A stretch of 63,993 bases of DNA, counting the filler, from Choristocarpus tenellus KU-1152 (Eukaryota; Protista; Phaeophyceae): the NCBI GenBank assembly GCA_964200185.2. It is 9 parts of 9 records of this genome, joined end to end, with 100 filler letters (N's around TTAATTAATTAA, not from the genome) between each part and the next. Parts side by side here need not be neighbours in the genome. Positions count along the whole stretch, not along the records: positions 1 to 5,637 come from CAXNAD020010172.1; positions 5,738 to 14,998 come from CAXNAD020003831.1; 7 more parts are not named here. One strand, 5' to 3'. Each line of letters starts with the position of its first letter. The first letter of the stretch is position 1. The notes beneath the pieces are model-generated. The model saw only the letters and a program-made list of their open reading frames with translations. It was not told the origin of the DNA and searched no databases. Position numbers and translations under genes: made by a program. Below are positions 1 through 12,775 of this stretch, in pieces.

Positions 1-2
1 GG

Positions 3-194
3 TCAACTGACGGCCCAACTCCTAGCCCCAATCTTACCAGTGATCTGGATGAAGGGTCAACCGACACTCCGACGCCCAGTCCAAACTTTATCATTGATCC
101 GGATGAAGGGTCTACTGACAGCCCAACACCCAGTCCAAACCTCATCAGTAATGTGGATGAAGGGCCAACCGACAGCTCAACTCCAAGCCCAATG
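3..194 (+). CDS. Exon encoding 18-aa Pro/Thr/Ser/Asp tandem repeats (mucin-like or linker region; 5' end truncated by window)
   Basis: Frame from base 3 reads STDGPTPSPNLTSDLDEG STDTPTPSPNFIIDPDEG STDSPTPSPNLISNVDEG PTDSSTPSPM (54-nt period) and ends at a canonical GTAAGT donor at 195. Confidence 0.7.
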
Positions 195-529
195 GTAAGT
201 ACACTGTCCCCCCATTCCATGATCCTGTGTAGTGTTGGTTTTTCCTGTGTCCATCAGATCAATCGTATTTTTTTTAGTCATGTAAGGAAGAAGCAATAAG
301 AGTATATTGGGAGAAGTAGTGGATGTTGCTGCGAAAAACCACCCTATTGACTCAATTTGAAATGGAGACCATCCCATGGCAGTAAATACTGCTTGGTGAT
401 AAAGTAAATAATGTACTAGTCTACTAGAAAATGGATAGCCCACAAGATAGAGTGGTTTTCTAATAGCCTTTGATTCTTGGCAATTTACATATATCTCATT
501 TTGTCCAGGATGAGAACCAACAATCAAGA

Positions 530-786
530 GAGCCAAAGTAATCGAGAGGTACCCTGGGTTGTATTTGAAGGATCAAGGTAATTGCACAAAATTCGGCTTA
601 TTGTACAAATGTGTACAGTTATTTTGCTAAACTCTGTTGAACGTTTTTCAAACAATAGAAAAATCAACCCTCTCAAGTCAACCTAAGAAGTTCATCCATA
701 GAGGTGGGCGAATAGCAAAGGATGGAAATAGGGGGATAAAAATGAAAAACGGACAAAACCTAGGTACCTCTCACTTACTTTTGCTC
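530..786. mobile_element. MITE family A (about 260 bp, PIF/Harbinger-like)
   Basis: TIRs GAGCCAAAGTAATCGAGAGGTACC ... GGTACCTCTCACTTACTTTTGCTC; internal sequence shared with other copies in the window. Confidence 0.85.
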
Positions 787-3700
787 AAAATAAATAGAGA
801 AGAATTAATCCCTAAAGCCCTCCCCCCCTCACCTGGCCCCTCTTCTCACATTGATCATGACTCTGCACCTTAATATCCAGGTTGTCGACCTTGGTAAAAG
901 CCATCGCCATCTCCGGGGATATGAAGGGAGTATATATCAAAATGGGAAGAGGGTACTAGAGGCGTACCTGACCTCCACCTGCGGCTTCCGTATCAACTCC
1001 ATGGAAAATTTTCTGGTAAAGGTCTATCTACATTCCGATCTGGTTGAGCTTCCGCCCATCCAGCACAAGAATGCTCCAGGCAAGGAAGTTCTATACTGTA
1101 AGGAGACCAAGGCTTCAGTGCTGCACAGGCAATCCCTTGAAGTTGATACAGCCTTTGATCAGTTGATAGACGCCTTCTATATTTATCACTCTCAGTTGTA
1201 TTTTTGGAAAGGAGCTCTCAACCAGCCTGGTCTTGATGTTGATGCACTGGATGGTCGAATAGTACGCATCTCACTGGGGTCGTGTAAGGTGGGCAACTGG
1301 GCCAAGGTAGAAAGGGGGGAAACGGCAGTCAGACAGTGGGAAAGTGTGGAGCATAGTCGGGACTGCATGGCCTTTCGCATTGGACTCTCTTGATGTTAGA
1401 TCTCCTGCTCTCTTGATCTGACCTCTGGTGCTTGGCAAGTATGTGGAGTGTATTTTATTATTGGAGAGGGCACCACAATCTTCCTTCACAGTGCAATTCC
1501 TTGTTCACATGTCAGGTGGCATATTGTCATGGAAGTAGGGACAGTGAGATAACGGTGGGTTAGGGCTAGTATACTACCACCTCCCTCTTCCCTTATCCAA
1601 AAAATAAATCCTCTCTGTAACAGTTGCTACTTGTCGTGTTGGAGGGTCAAGGAGTTGAATATTTCCCCTATGAGCTGTACATTGTAACAAGATTTTGTGG
1701 TATGTGTAATTGTACAAGTACGAATGTTTATTGTACTGTGACTGTACTACTACAATCTATTGTATCGTGACTGTAATGCTACTGTTTGTTGCTTCAGTAT
1801 CAGTGCTGTTCAATTGGCACGGGTATCATTTGTTCTTGATCCTCCTCATGCACTGGCCTTTAATTTTGAAAGCATAGGAGGTGTACAACAGCAGATGTTT
1901 GGTGGGCTTGCGTATGCAGAAAGAAAACTGCACAGTTTTGTGAGATGTGATAGATATGGAGGCATATTGTTTTTGATTGCAAATTTAATCGACTTGATTG
2001 TTTGTTGTCAGGAGTATGCAGTGGGTTGTATGTGTGCATGTATGTTGTTTCACAATGAGTGTGCCAATCACACTCTCACTTCTTTACTTCCTACTGAGGG
2101 ACTCGCTTTCACAGTGACAGTTACATCAACAGAAATTGACTGTGGCCAGCAGATGAAGTTGTTCCCCAGAAGGAGAGTGGGGTGAGAAAAAATGGAGATG
2201 TTGATGATTGGAAACACGCAAATGTTTGATAGTGGGGTGTGTGTGGGGAGTAGCCCTTGGGTAGAATCCCAGATGCATGGTAAGTATTGGAACAACCTTG
2301 AATTTAAAGAAGTGTTTCCACTGCCACTCACTGTATGATGATACCCTGATGGGAATATGTGACAGGTATTTGAGGATTTTTATGATGTTAGAATTCCTTA
2401 TATTGTTGGCTATGATATGCATGTGTTTTCGTAGGAGCTTATTTTGTCCCTGTCTGGTTGCATATTTGCTTTTTTTGCTGGGTATTTCTTTTCTTTTCAC
2501 ATCGTTCCTATGTATCCTCTATACTTGATGGTATCGATGATGACTGGCAACACTCTTTGACAGACTTGTGCACACAGTATACAGACTTCCTGATTTTTTG
2601 TTGGATGAAAATGTATCATTATCATTCGACATACATATATATACACAGCAATAGGTACAAGTATGTACACACTTTGTATTACATGTACTATATACTAGTG
2701 TTGGTTTGCATACATCGATGTATATTACATTTTTTTTTCTTCATCCCCCAACACTGCTATTCGGTTCTGAGGTCTTTGCGTTTATTAAAGAACCACCTGC
2801 GGGAGATACATGCCATGATCAGAATGCTTGACAACAAGGACGATGCCTATTGACTTCTTCATTACCATGAATGTTTCTGTTACTGTAATAATAACTCCTT
2901 GGTACCTTGTTTTTACAGTGTTGTTCCCTAGAGGGTCGCCTGTTTCTCCCTTTTTGGGAAGGCCCTTGAAGGTTCTGTGCTGGGTTGTGAATACCTACCT
3001 CACTAGGGCACAGCGCAATCCACGTGGTGACTGAGGAGGAAGTAGGAGATATGATACGACATGGAGCAGACATATAGCACACCAACAAAGCAGCAATCTT
3101 GTATTTCGTGCTACTTTGAACCAATAATAGGAGGATGAATTAATCTTGCAACATCTCCCTGTCCTATCATGTTTTCATATTTTGTTTGTATTCAATACAA
3201 CTTTCCATTAATCTATTATATCATCACCTTTGTAATTGCTAAAATTGTTGTTATCATTACTCATGACCTTGTCCATTGCGCTTGAAAACACAGTCAGATG
3301 CATGACACACACATAAACCAAACTAACAGATGGGGGTCATCTATTTTCTGAAAAATATTTTCAACAGAGAGTACCTCTGCATCACGAATTCTTCTTGACC
3401 TCTAATTTCCTGCACCAGCATTCCATGAGCTCCACAGATGGCACAAAGAAAGGAGGTAGAAGAGTGATCCTACCACTCAGTAAGACCAACAATATGATCC
3501 CTTGAAGGGCGAATTGGTGTGGAAAACTTCCTTCTCATTGCTACCCTCCCTACAACACCAAGCACATGATCTACTCTCAAGTGCAGAGAGCCCATAGTAT
3601 CAGTCACAAAATGCACAGCATAAAATTTACTGAATCACATGTATGACGCAAGTACTTTGCAGTTTCTGGGTATGTGGTATGCCTGACTCAACAAAAATAC

Positions 3701-5609
3701 TACTGCACAACACGTTTTGAAGTACAGCACGAAGTGCTACCAATATCATGCACTAGTTCGCACGGTCTAAACAACAATAATGACATATCACCAACTCAAG
3801 GTTGATCAGATCGTTGTATAGGATGTGTGGGAGTACCATTCTCAACAGCTCCCAGTGACCTCCTCTGTGCGTACCCAAATTTGGGGAGCATGTGTGCAAT
3901 TGAAAAGTCATAGGTGAGAGTACAATGGACAGTGGAAAACAAATACTCTTGAATGAAAGTAATTGGGCAAAAAGAGTGCTCGCACATTCACCCCGTCAAC
4001 ATAGGGGCGCCACAGTGTTAAAGTATAGTGTGATTGCTTATTTGTAGCTAAGAAAAGTGCAGTATGCAGAGAGGATATCCATCACTGAGGAGAGAGGTAT
4101 ATTCTCGAGGATGAAAATCAAATCACACTTCAAAACTCCATACTGGATAGCTCATTGAGATGTACTGCCTGGTCATTTTTACCAGGTTGAGTGCACATGG
4201 TTTTTCTACATTCTGACAACTGTAGCAGACGACAACTTCAGTTCAAAGCATCACCCAGATCATGGATAGGTAGTGAAGAAAAAGCTCAACTATATATATT
4301 ATATTTGTATAAACAGCAGGATGCACGGCAAAGTCTTTTGCACCAAAGGATATACTGCCCAATGATGCTTGACCAGAACAGAATGCAAATATGTTTTGAT
4401 CATACAAATCAATCGTAAATGGAATACTATGCTTGCACAGTATCTACATCCCAGACATCCCCCGTGCCGTTTGAAGAGCAACACCTACTGTTGCTAGTGT
4501 TGCATTTCCAGCATCAATTCTGCATTCTCCAAATCAGATGGTGCAATTGCTGTTCAATATGCACCTTGACCGATAAACCACTCAAGAAATAGATACAAGA
4601 CAAACAGGACTTCAAAGAACAGTCGGTACAGAGCTGTTATCGATCCTGGAGATTATAAAATACGCAACTTGATTTGTATCATAAAACATAAAGCCAATCA
4701 CAATGCATACCACTATGATATGAAGTCAAACACAAGAAACAACCCAGAGTACGTAATGACCACCCATTCACAGAAGCAAGACCAATGACTATCCTGATCT
4801 CAACACAACAAGCTGTGGGTAGGTACCACACATTGTGTGACTTAAGGATGGACAGTTGATGCAGGCAAAAGTTGGACGCATTCTAAACGAACTTCATCAA
4901 TACACAAAGCAACAGAAAGTTGTACAGCAGTTGCGAAGTAAATCAACAGTTGAAAGCGAATACTACATCTCTCATGTTTGCCAGTCCAGTATCTGCGTCA
5001 TGAAGCCATGCATTGTGCAATGAATAGTGACAGAGAAATATCCAGAAATCCTGCCGTTCCAATTCCTCCTCAAATAGATTCAGAGCAACTCCGTTGTTCC
5101 CTCTTTTTTGCTACAAAAAATCTAGGTAAGCACAAGAAAAGGTAAGTGCTGTATAAATACACTGCAGCCTATCCCCAAATCCCACCGTACCATTAGCTCC
5201 TTACAAGTAGTGCAAGTCCTACCAAGACAACTCTCACCATTCTCCACTGCAGCAATGAGGCTCGTACACTAGAATACAATTACGTGTACAAATCTAAGAA
5301 CAGTACACACCACAGAGTTGACCAAGTCTCTCCGCTAGAGAAGGAGTGATTGATAAGTGTATTGGTCTACTGCTGAGCCTGTCTCTTCCAGCGGTCAAAC
5401 ATGGCCCCCTAAAAAGGGATATTGGGGGAGTTTCTTCGAAAGGTTCATTGTAAAAAACAAATGGCATCAGTTCAGGATACAGATATCCCGTAAAGGATTG
5501 ATACCAATATGTAGAAATTGAAAACGATGTATGATTCTTATGTGTTGTTAGGAGAAGGAAATTTGATATAATTTGGAGTGGTATTGAACATGTTGAGAAA
5601 TGAAGAGAA

Positions 5610-5637
5610 GACCCAAAGTATCTGGGAGGGGAGATCG
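5610..5637. mobile_element. MITE family C terminus at contig end
   Basis: GACCCAAAGTATCTGGGAGGGG immediately before the gap. Confidence 0.65.
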
Positions 5638-5737
5638 NNNNNNNNNNNNNNNNNNNNNNNNNNNNNNNNNNNNNNNNNNNNTTAATTAATTAANNNNNNN
5701 NNNNNNNNNNNNNNNNNNNNNNNNNNNNNNNNNNNNN
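5638..5737. other. Artificial contig linker
   Basis: N44-TTAATTAATTAA-N44, with stops in all six frames. Confidence 0.98.
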
Positions 5738-6124
5738 GGGGGGGGGTTGAGAAAAACAAGTAAGAAGAGGACATTTTCACCATCAGTAACAGCAAGAACC
5801 ACAACCCTAACCCTCTCTCTACAAATACAATGTTTCTCAGGTGCAGAGAATTACATTCCCACCCAGTTACAAATAGAACATTCCCCATTTACCCTTCCTT
5901 CATTGCTGCAGAGTACCCTCCACTAGTAACCTACAACGACTAAGCGATTGGGACGCAACCATGAGTCACACGCACACGTGGGCAAGAAGATGACACATTT
6001 TAAAGAGGAGGAGGGATGGATAGTGCGTTTGTGGGGAAGAGAATGCAAAAGCATATTTTTGATGTGACTTTTTTTTACAGCGAGGTATGATTAAGGGAGT
6101 GTCACGGCAACAAAGGGGCACCAC

Positions 6125-7441
6125 CTTGTTGAGAGCATTCACGGCGGCGTCCTTTGTCTCCTTCTGCTGACCCATGCCCAGGAAGTCAAACGTGGCCATG
6201 TTCAGAAGCGGTCGGGTCGAGCCTTGTACCTTAAAGAAAGGTCCATTTACCTCTTCCACCACCTGTACAGGCGGTGAACATTGTAGAGAGATGGAGGCAG
6301 GGAAAGGGGTACAAAAACAACGCCATAAGGGTTGAGCCCACGGCGCATTTGCGTGGGAGACGAGGCAAAGTGGTTTGTGACGAACGAAAAGGCGTATTGT
6401 ATTATTGGGATTAGATAGGATTGCCACTGCTACTGAGCCAGTATGAGGGAGGGGAGAGGGTTTGACTGGAGAGCTTAGAAGCAGCCTAATAAGCAAGGCA
6501 ACAACAGCATGAGCAGGCATGCATGCATCCTAAGAGGAGTCGATACAAGGCCTTTAAAATGAGAAAAACACAATGATGAAAAGATACCATGTAGCACAAT
6601 TCACAATGCATAGCATAGGTAGGATGTACGTTGAGTTGAGAAAGAGGGGGACAGCACACCTCTTGTCATTTGCTCCTGGCACAACGAGAGAGAAAATTCC
6701 CTTCCCTGTAAAATAGCTCACACCTTTTGTGCATGCTACACCTCCGAAAATTGTACGAAAATGTTCTCCCCTATGCAAATTAACTGCACCGTGTAACACT
6801 GCTTAAAAAGTAGGTTCCGTGTTCAATCTCAGACTAAAAAAAGGTTACAACTACATAGACTCAATTGATTTGCGCCCTCCATCAACAAAGTTCTCAGAGC
6901 CAGTGACAATGGAAAAGTTGGGAAAGTACGTGGCAGGAGGGAGAGGGGGTGGGGGCTCACAGGCACATCCTCAGCTAATTCCATCTCTTCCTCCGACAGG
7001 GGAGGGACCAGCGGCTCCGGTTGCCACTCCTCAATCAACTCCTTCATTTCTCGTTCAGACAGGTTGGGCTTTGCAGTTCCCTATGCAAGGGCAGCATGGA
7101 GTGCAGAAACGAGAATAATGAGTCAATTGCAAAATGAATCAAGACAGGGGATACATCTCGTCTAAGTTTCTACTACAATTAGTGCTCTATCCCTCCTCCC
7201 CCCACCTCCACCTCCCATCCTTGGCCTTGTTGTGTTGCAATCATCAAACCAGTAACAATACCTTTGGATTGACAGTCTTCTTGACAACAAGAATGTAGAC
7301 AATGAAAACAATGAGAGCAGTCTCCACGATCACATGTTCAGGGTCCTCCTGCACCAGCTTCCACCACCATTGCGAGTATAATCGAGGCGAGTTGACCACG
7401 TAGAATCGGACAGACTCCCAATCAAGACCCAGGACAGAACC
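6125..7441 (-). CDS. LCB1: Serine palmitoyltransferase long-chain-base subunit 1, partial (exons 7441-7262, 7080-6961, 6262-6125; 3' part lost at contig end, first exon unresolved)
   Basis: Three phase-0 GT-AG exons give ...EDPEHVIVETALIVFIVYILVVKK (TM helix) / LSEREMKELIEEWQPEPLVP / LLNMATFDFLGMGQQKETKDAAVNALNK, the characteristic LCB1/SPTLC1 N-terminal motifs just before YGCGSCGPRGFYG. Confidence 0.9.
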
Positions 7442-8937
7442 CTGCCGTAGGAGTAGAAGTAAAAGAAGGATCAACACGAAGGAGTTGTGCTCCTCCAAGA
7501 TCCCTCTTCTAGGTAACAAGGGTGTAGATCGTCAAAAACTGCACCCTAGGCGAGAAACATACTCATTGGAGGGCATACTGAGGGAAACGAGCAAGAAGTC
7601 TGTATGGTTATGTGCTACGGAGGAGAAAGTGAAAAAAACGAAGCGTTATTAGGTTGACTTCAGATAAAAGCGTCATAATTTTAAAAAAAGGTGTGAAATG
7701 CAATGGTGGTGGGAGAGCAATGAAACAGGGATGCATAGGAATAAAGATAACATAAGATTTTTTGGTTGACCTGAGGTGGAAAATATCGTCCAATGGGGGT
7801 ATCTATGTTGTGCTGGGTTAGTAAGGGTGTGTGCCTATTCTCAAGGAGAGGAAATTGGAAAGGGAGAGTGATTCTGGAGTGATTCTACAAGCCATGAAGA
7901 TGTACAGATACTAGCCAAGGTCCAACATACTGTAACATTGAAAGGAATTCTTTCGTCGGCGTTCATCAGTTCGCTCCCGGGATAACAATTCCCAGTCCAT
8001 GAACAACTACCTCAGTTTTTCCCAGGCCTCTAACTCTACCATATTTTATCGGCTCAGTCTCAATCCATTAAGTAGACAAAGGGGTAACACGTAGAAAAGG
8101 CTAGGTAACATGTCAAAGTGTGATACTCATGCTATTGAATCCGATACGGGTTTCTGGCGACCTCTAAGGACAGACAGGATATCCTAGGGAACCATAGAAG
8201 GGAGCACAGCAATCAATAAAGAATATAGCACTTGGCAAATATGCTTACGAGGCAATTGGTACAAGGAATAGCTAAGCACTTAACGGCGTGTACATGGCAC
8301 CACTCAACCATCCTTCGTGCAAGACTAGTAGAAGTCTTCGACAAAATTCGAAATAGCACCCCCTGTAACAGCAAGCATATCACAGCGACCCAACTTGCTT
8401 TACGCTGGAGTCTGTTTATCGCAATTTAATTGATTTTCTCATTAGTTCCAATAGAAGTGGCTATGATCAAGTTCTCCAGCACAAGTATAGTCATCTCGAA
8501 TACAGGGAAACACAACTCAAGCTTAGGTATGGTCACAGCAAAGAAGCAATGGTAGATTTGTTCACCATCTTGGCCTTGATGACACCAGGTATCTCCCAAC
8601 TACCCCAGAGCAGAAACTCCGATTACTACCACCAGCGTGTAACCAGCAATCTCTCAAGATCTGAAACCCTTGTGGCTGCCACCTTCTCGCTTACATCTGA
8701 TAAGGAAGGTCTAAGGTCTACACCAATACTCCAAAAAGAAGCGAAACCGCCTTCGATGTGTTACAAACAAAATGATGCGATACCACCAATCACATACTTC
8801 GACACTTCTCTACATTACCAACACATCTTGTCCCCATCCTGCAATACTAAAATCGACATGAAAACACCAGTGTCTGAGAAGACCCCCTTGCCTGATCGAC
8901 CACGGAACTCGGCTAGATCTTCCAGTATGCGTCCAGT

Positions 8938-10217
8938 ACCTGTTCCAATGCATCATCGACAAACGAGTTGAACTTCAGTTCTGCGTCTTCGAGAGACAAC
9001 GCAATCTTTGGAGCGGAGAGTCCTGGTTAGGAGAGCAGTCTCTTGATTGGCCTCGCTAGTGTAATATTATATATGTGAGGGGATGGTAAGGCTTAATGCA
9101 CATTGACAGGGATAGTGTGGGTGACAACCACTTGCTGTGTGTTCAATTCCATCCCACCCTATATATCTATCTCATTGCACAGGTAACCCCCCCTCGAAAC
9201 ATTTCTTAACGACCATTTCCAGTCCTTCTATATTGATGACAATGCATGAAGATAAATCCTGATGCAAGCTATATGCGAAGAGGTGTGTCAATCACATGCC
9301 ATTTGCCATTTGATAGCTTCTAGTCTGGTGTGTACGGGGAGGGTGCAGGTTCCCATCCTGGCTATCTGTAATCCCACAGCCTCCTTTTTTCCTAAGCACT
9401 GTACGTTTCTATTGACCCCATCACTCGCCATCGACTACCATCGCACCGATCGCAGACTTTAACCCTTCCCTAGAAAGCGGCATTCTGGTCTCGACAGTGG
9501 AAGCCTGGTGCTGCCACATGAAGGACCAAGGTATCCGACGCGTTCTCGTCCTGCTTAACAGTACTGAAAGCCCTTGTTATAGCGGCCAGGTTCTCCGCAT
9601 CTGCGAGATTCATTTCTCTAAGGTGAGTACGTTGTATGATACGATTCAAGTGTGACCATCCGCCAAAGTACAAAGTTGAGTATCAGGAAACTGGAGGGGC
9701 GTAAGTATCACATTTGTTTCAAAGCCATTACTGGCGAAGTTTCGAAAGGTCGAATAGACTCACATGTGATGTAACCATTGAGTTCATATATATATATACA
9801 TAGACATATATATATGTGTGTGTGTGTGGATGTAGAGATATCAATCTTCAGCCTGACATTCATAAGTCCATTACCCCATTTGCTTGGTTTACGGTAGACG
9901 GTATGTGCATATCACTATATTGCACACCTCATCCTCATCCCCTCAACCTAACCCCAACTCGCAAATTTTTCTTCCTATATTACACAACCAATCTTGGTCC
10001 CCTCCCTCCCTCTCTCTCTCACCTTGGGGAGGTTTCATTCATAGATACCACACGTTCAGGCATCCTTTCAAGGCTGTTGCCCACTTTGACGGATGCCCAT
10101 GCAACTGGGGAGCCCCTGCTAGTCAACTGTGCCACTGGCCAGGAACACACAGGGGCTGTGCATGCATTGTGGCTGCACTGGCAATACAATATCTCCATTC
10201 CTGAGGCAGTTGAAGAG
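8938..10217 (+). CDS. Dual-specificity/tyrosine phosphatase-like domain of cyanobacterial type with a degenerate P-loop (exons ~8938-9025, 9474-9622, 10032-10217)
   Basis: Phase-compatible GT-AG exons give LNFSSASSRDNAIFGAESP / VEAWCCHMKDQGIRRVLVLL / LLPTLTDAHATGEPLLVNCATGQEHTGAVHALWL...IPEAVEE, collinear with the small DSP pattern F..AS....IFGA.RPG / W..FM...GI.RV..LL / VVHCSGG.GRTG..LA.WL. N-terminus unresolved. Confidence 0.8.
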
Positions 10218-10762
10218 GTGATAAAGAGATCACCTTCCAAGCGATGCCTTTTGTGGACACCCTTATATTTTCCCTATAGATCGCACATCTTGAAAGCATT
10301 ACTGACGTGGACCTCAACTGGTATTTTTAAAGCAGCAATTTTCTGCAGCACATGCTCTGGTTCAAAGTTTGTACATTACTTGCAGATCTAAGTGCTGAAT
10401 GTGATTAGTGTGTCCCTCCACACCATTGCCAGAACAGCACTTCCAACTTCAAATAGTTAACTTCTCTCTACTTCACACCTGCTGAGGTAGCCAACCTCTT
10501 TTCATAGGAAGAGTGTGATGGCTTTGTACATAGAGTAAGCGCGTGCATGCTTGTGTTGCTGTTATTGTAAGCTCTATGAAAGTGAAAGGAGATTCTGACA
10601 TCTATCCTCCACTCCTGTGACAACTGCAGTCACCTCAATAGTGTAAGTCTGCTCATCATGGCAGCAAAACGTCTATGCCAAGAGGAAGACACGCACTGTA
10701 TTGCCACTTACTCAGGTGCCCATTATTGTCATTTTCATGGAATTTTGTCACATATCGACCTA

Positions 10763-12375
10763 CCTCAACTCGCCAACCCTCCAAAGAGGCAATAGTGAGA
10801 GTCCTCATGGGTGGCCTACTTTCTGATTGTGCGAAGGATGACATCCGTGGTATAGACTCTCACCTCAGTGTAGATTTGAGTCTAAGCAAAAGAGTTGGGG
10901 AGGGATATGGGAAGAGGACTGGCAAGGGGGTCAATGCTACAGGATATGATCATTGTGCCTGTGACTGTTCAGGTAGAGACATGCCGACAGACACTCAGGA
11001 GCTTCCTGGAGCTGACCTTCCCTCAGAGCATGAGGATTTATGCATTCCTGCTAAGCCAATCCACATTACTTTTCTTCAAACTGGGGGCACTATTGACAAG
11101 GTAATTTGAGTTGTGTTGCGGCATACTATGGTGCAAACAGTGCACAAAGAGGAAATTGCCCGCCTCCATCCAAGTCCTACATTAGAAATGACAGTTTCAT
11201 CAATTAACCTGCTGAAATGTTAAAATTTTATTAGTCCACTGCACATACCGGTATAACAGATTCTGTTGTTGTTTTGATATGCTGAGCCCAGAAGCACCCG
11301 CCTTTGTTTGACCCTTCCTTATACCCATAACCTGGTTTTGGTGAGTAGGACTATCCGCGTGCTGTTGGGGGATATGCCTTTGAGATTGGTCCACCCGCAG
11401 TAAACTCCATCCTTGCTCTTCCTGGCGGTGGTTTGGCCTTCAGTTACAATATTGCACCACCAGTCTGCCTAAAAGATAGTTCTGACATCACCAGTGAGGA
11501 CAGAAATGCTCTGGCAGAAGCAATCAGCTCTGCTCTGGGAAGGTGCATCATTGTGACTCACGGGACAGATACAATGACGGAGACCGCTCAAATCCTAGGA
11601 TCAGATCCACGGGTGTCTGGAAAGGTTGTCGTCTTGACAGGTGCTTCTCGGCCTGCAAAGTTTTCAGACTCGGATGCAGGTGGGAAAAGTGTAGAGCACA
11701 GGAGCTAGTTTGGGATGAAGTGGTTAAATTTCCTTTGAAACATTATTGGCAAGGTGGATATGGTGGTCTGGGGGTTGCCAGTGAGGTGCTTATTACTCTA
11801 CACTCTTGATTGTTTTTTGCTGAACCCTGCATGTGCTGTTGGTGGGATCTCTTATCATGATATGACGTTTAGGGTAAGGAGATGAAGCAGTTGTATCAAC
11901 ACTTAAACTTTCTGTAAATGTGTTTCTTCTCTCAGTTTGAAAAGTATTAATTTGAAGTTGTAGATGTCTCTGTGATCTTATTTGTATGGTGATTGTGGCT
12001 CAAGCTGATTGTACTATTTTCATCCCATACACAGTACAAACACATTAGTGAGTAGTATGTAGTATATAGAGTATTTTAGTAAGGTGGGTGTTCGGCAGTT
12101 CAAAAAATGCAGGGGATGGGTGGAACCTTTGACCAGATGGCAACACATAGAAGCTTAGAAACTGGACTCAAACCAATACCTTGATGCCACCCCCTCTTTT
12201 TTCTATGTGTGGTGTGCGCCCTACAGCATTTAATGTTGGAGGTGCTGTGGCAGTGGCTGGTACTCTTCCCACAGGGGTGTATGTGTGCATGAATGGTGCA
12301 GTAGTGGAGGCAAAGAATATCAAGCGGGATATGTTGACAGGGAAGTTCTATAGTGATAACAGTCCATCCAAGTAG
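10763..12375 (+). CDS. Short bacterial-type L-asparaginase domain with upstream linker (exons ending 11100; 11349-11679; 12227-12375)
   Basis: ITFLQTGGTIDK / DYPRAVGGYAFEIG...KDSSDITSEDR...IIVTHGTDTM...VVLTGASRPAKFSDSDA / AFNVGGAVAVAGTLPTGVYVCMNG...KRDMLTGKF then stop. Splice phases 0 and 1 are consistent. TGGT and HGTDT catalytic motifs are intact. Confidence 0.92.
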
Positions 12376-12775
12376 GGTGCCAACAGAGCTGGGGGAAAAG
12401 AGGATCCTAGAGGGTAGGGGTCTCTGGATTATGAGGATTGATCCAGCTTTGCCAACATCTTTGTTACAGCGCAGCAATAGCGGCATATTTTGTATTGATA
12501 ACTCTCTCACAACAGTGAGTCCATACCACCCGGTTCGCCAATGTTGTATGCAGCAGCATAGAAGCTACTAGCAAATCGACTCTAATCTGTAGAGCACTGA
12601 TGTATGAATCCTTGGTGAATATTATATGTATGGTCACAGGCACTAAATATGTAAATGGTGTTCATGTCTCACCTGGAAAAAAACGTTTGTTTCCGAGGCG
12701 CATAGCAGTACTATGTAGTACTCTGTAGTATATTAGAAAATTGTGACATGAATATTCCAACACAGTAGTACAAGT

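Noticed and set aside
851-1393. 180-aa ORF as a gene
   Set aside because: No recognisable motif on either strand and no convincing splice context
5682-5693. Recurrent TTAATTAATTAA as a biological motif
   Set aside because: It always sits centred in N-runs; it is a standard six-frame-stop joining linker
7562-7575. ATGCCCTCCAATGA|GTATGT as the first LCB1 exon
   Set aside because: Its phase (2) does not match the phase-0 acceptor at 7441
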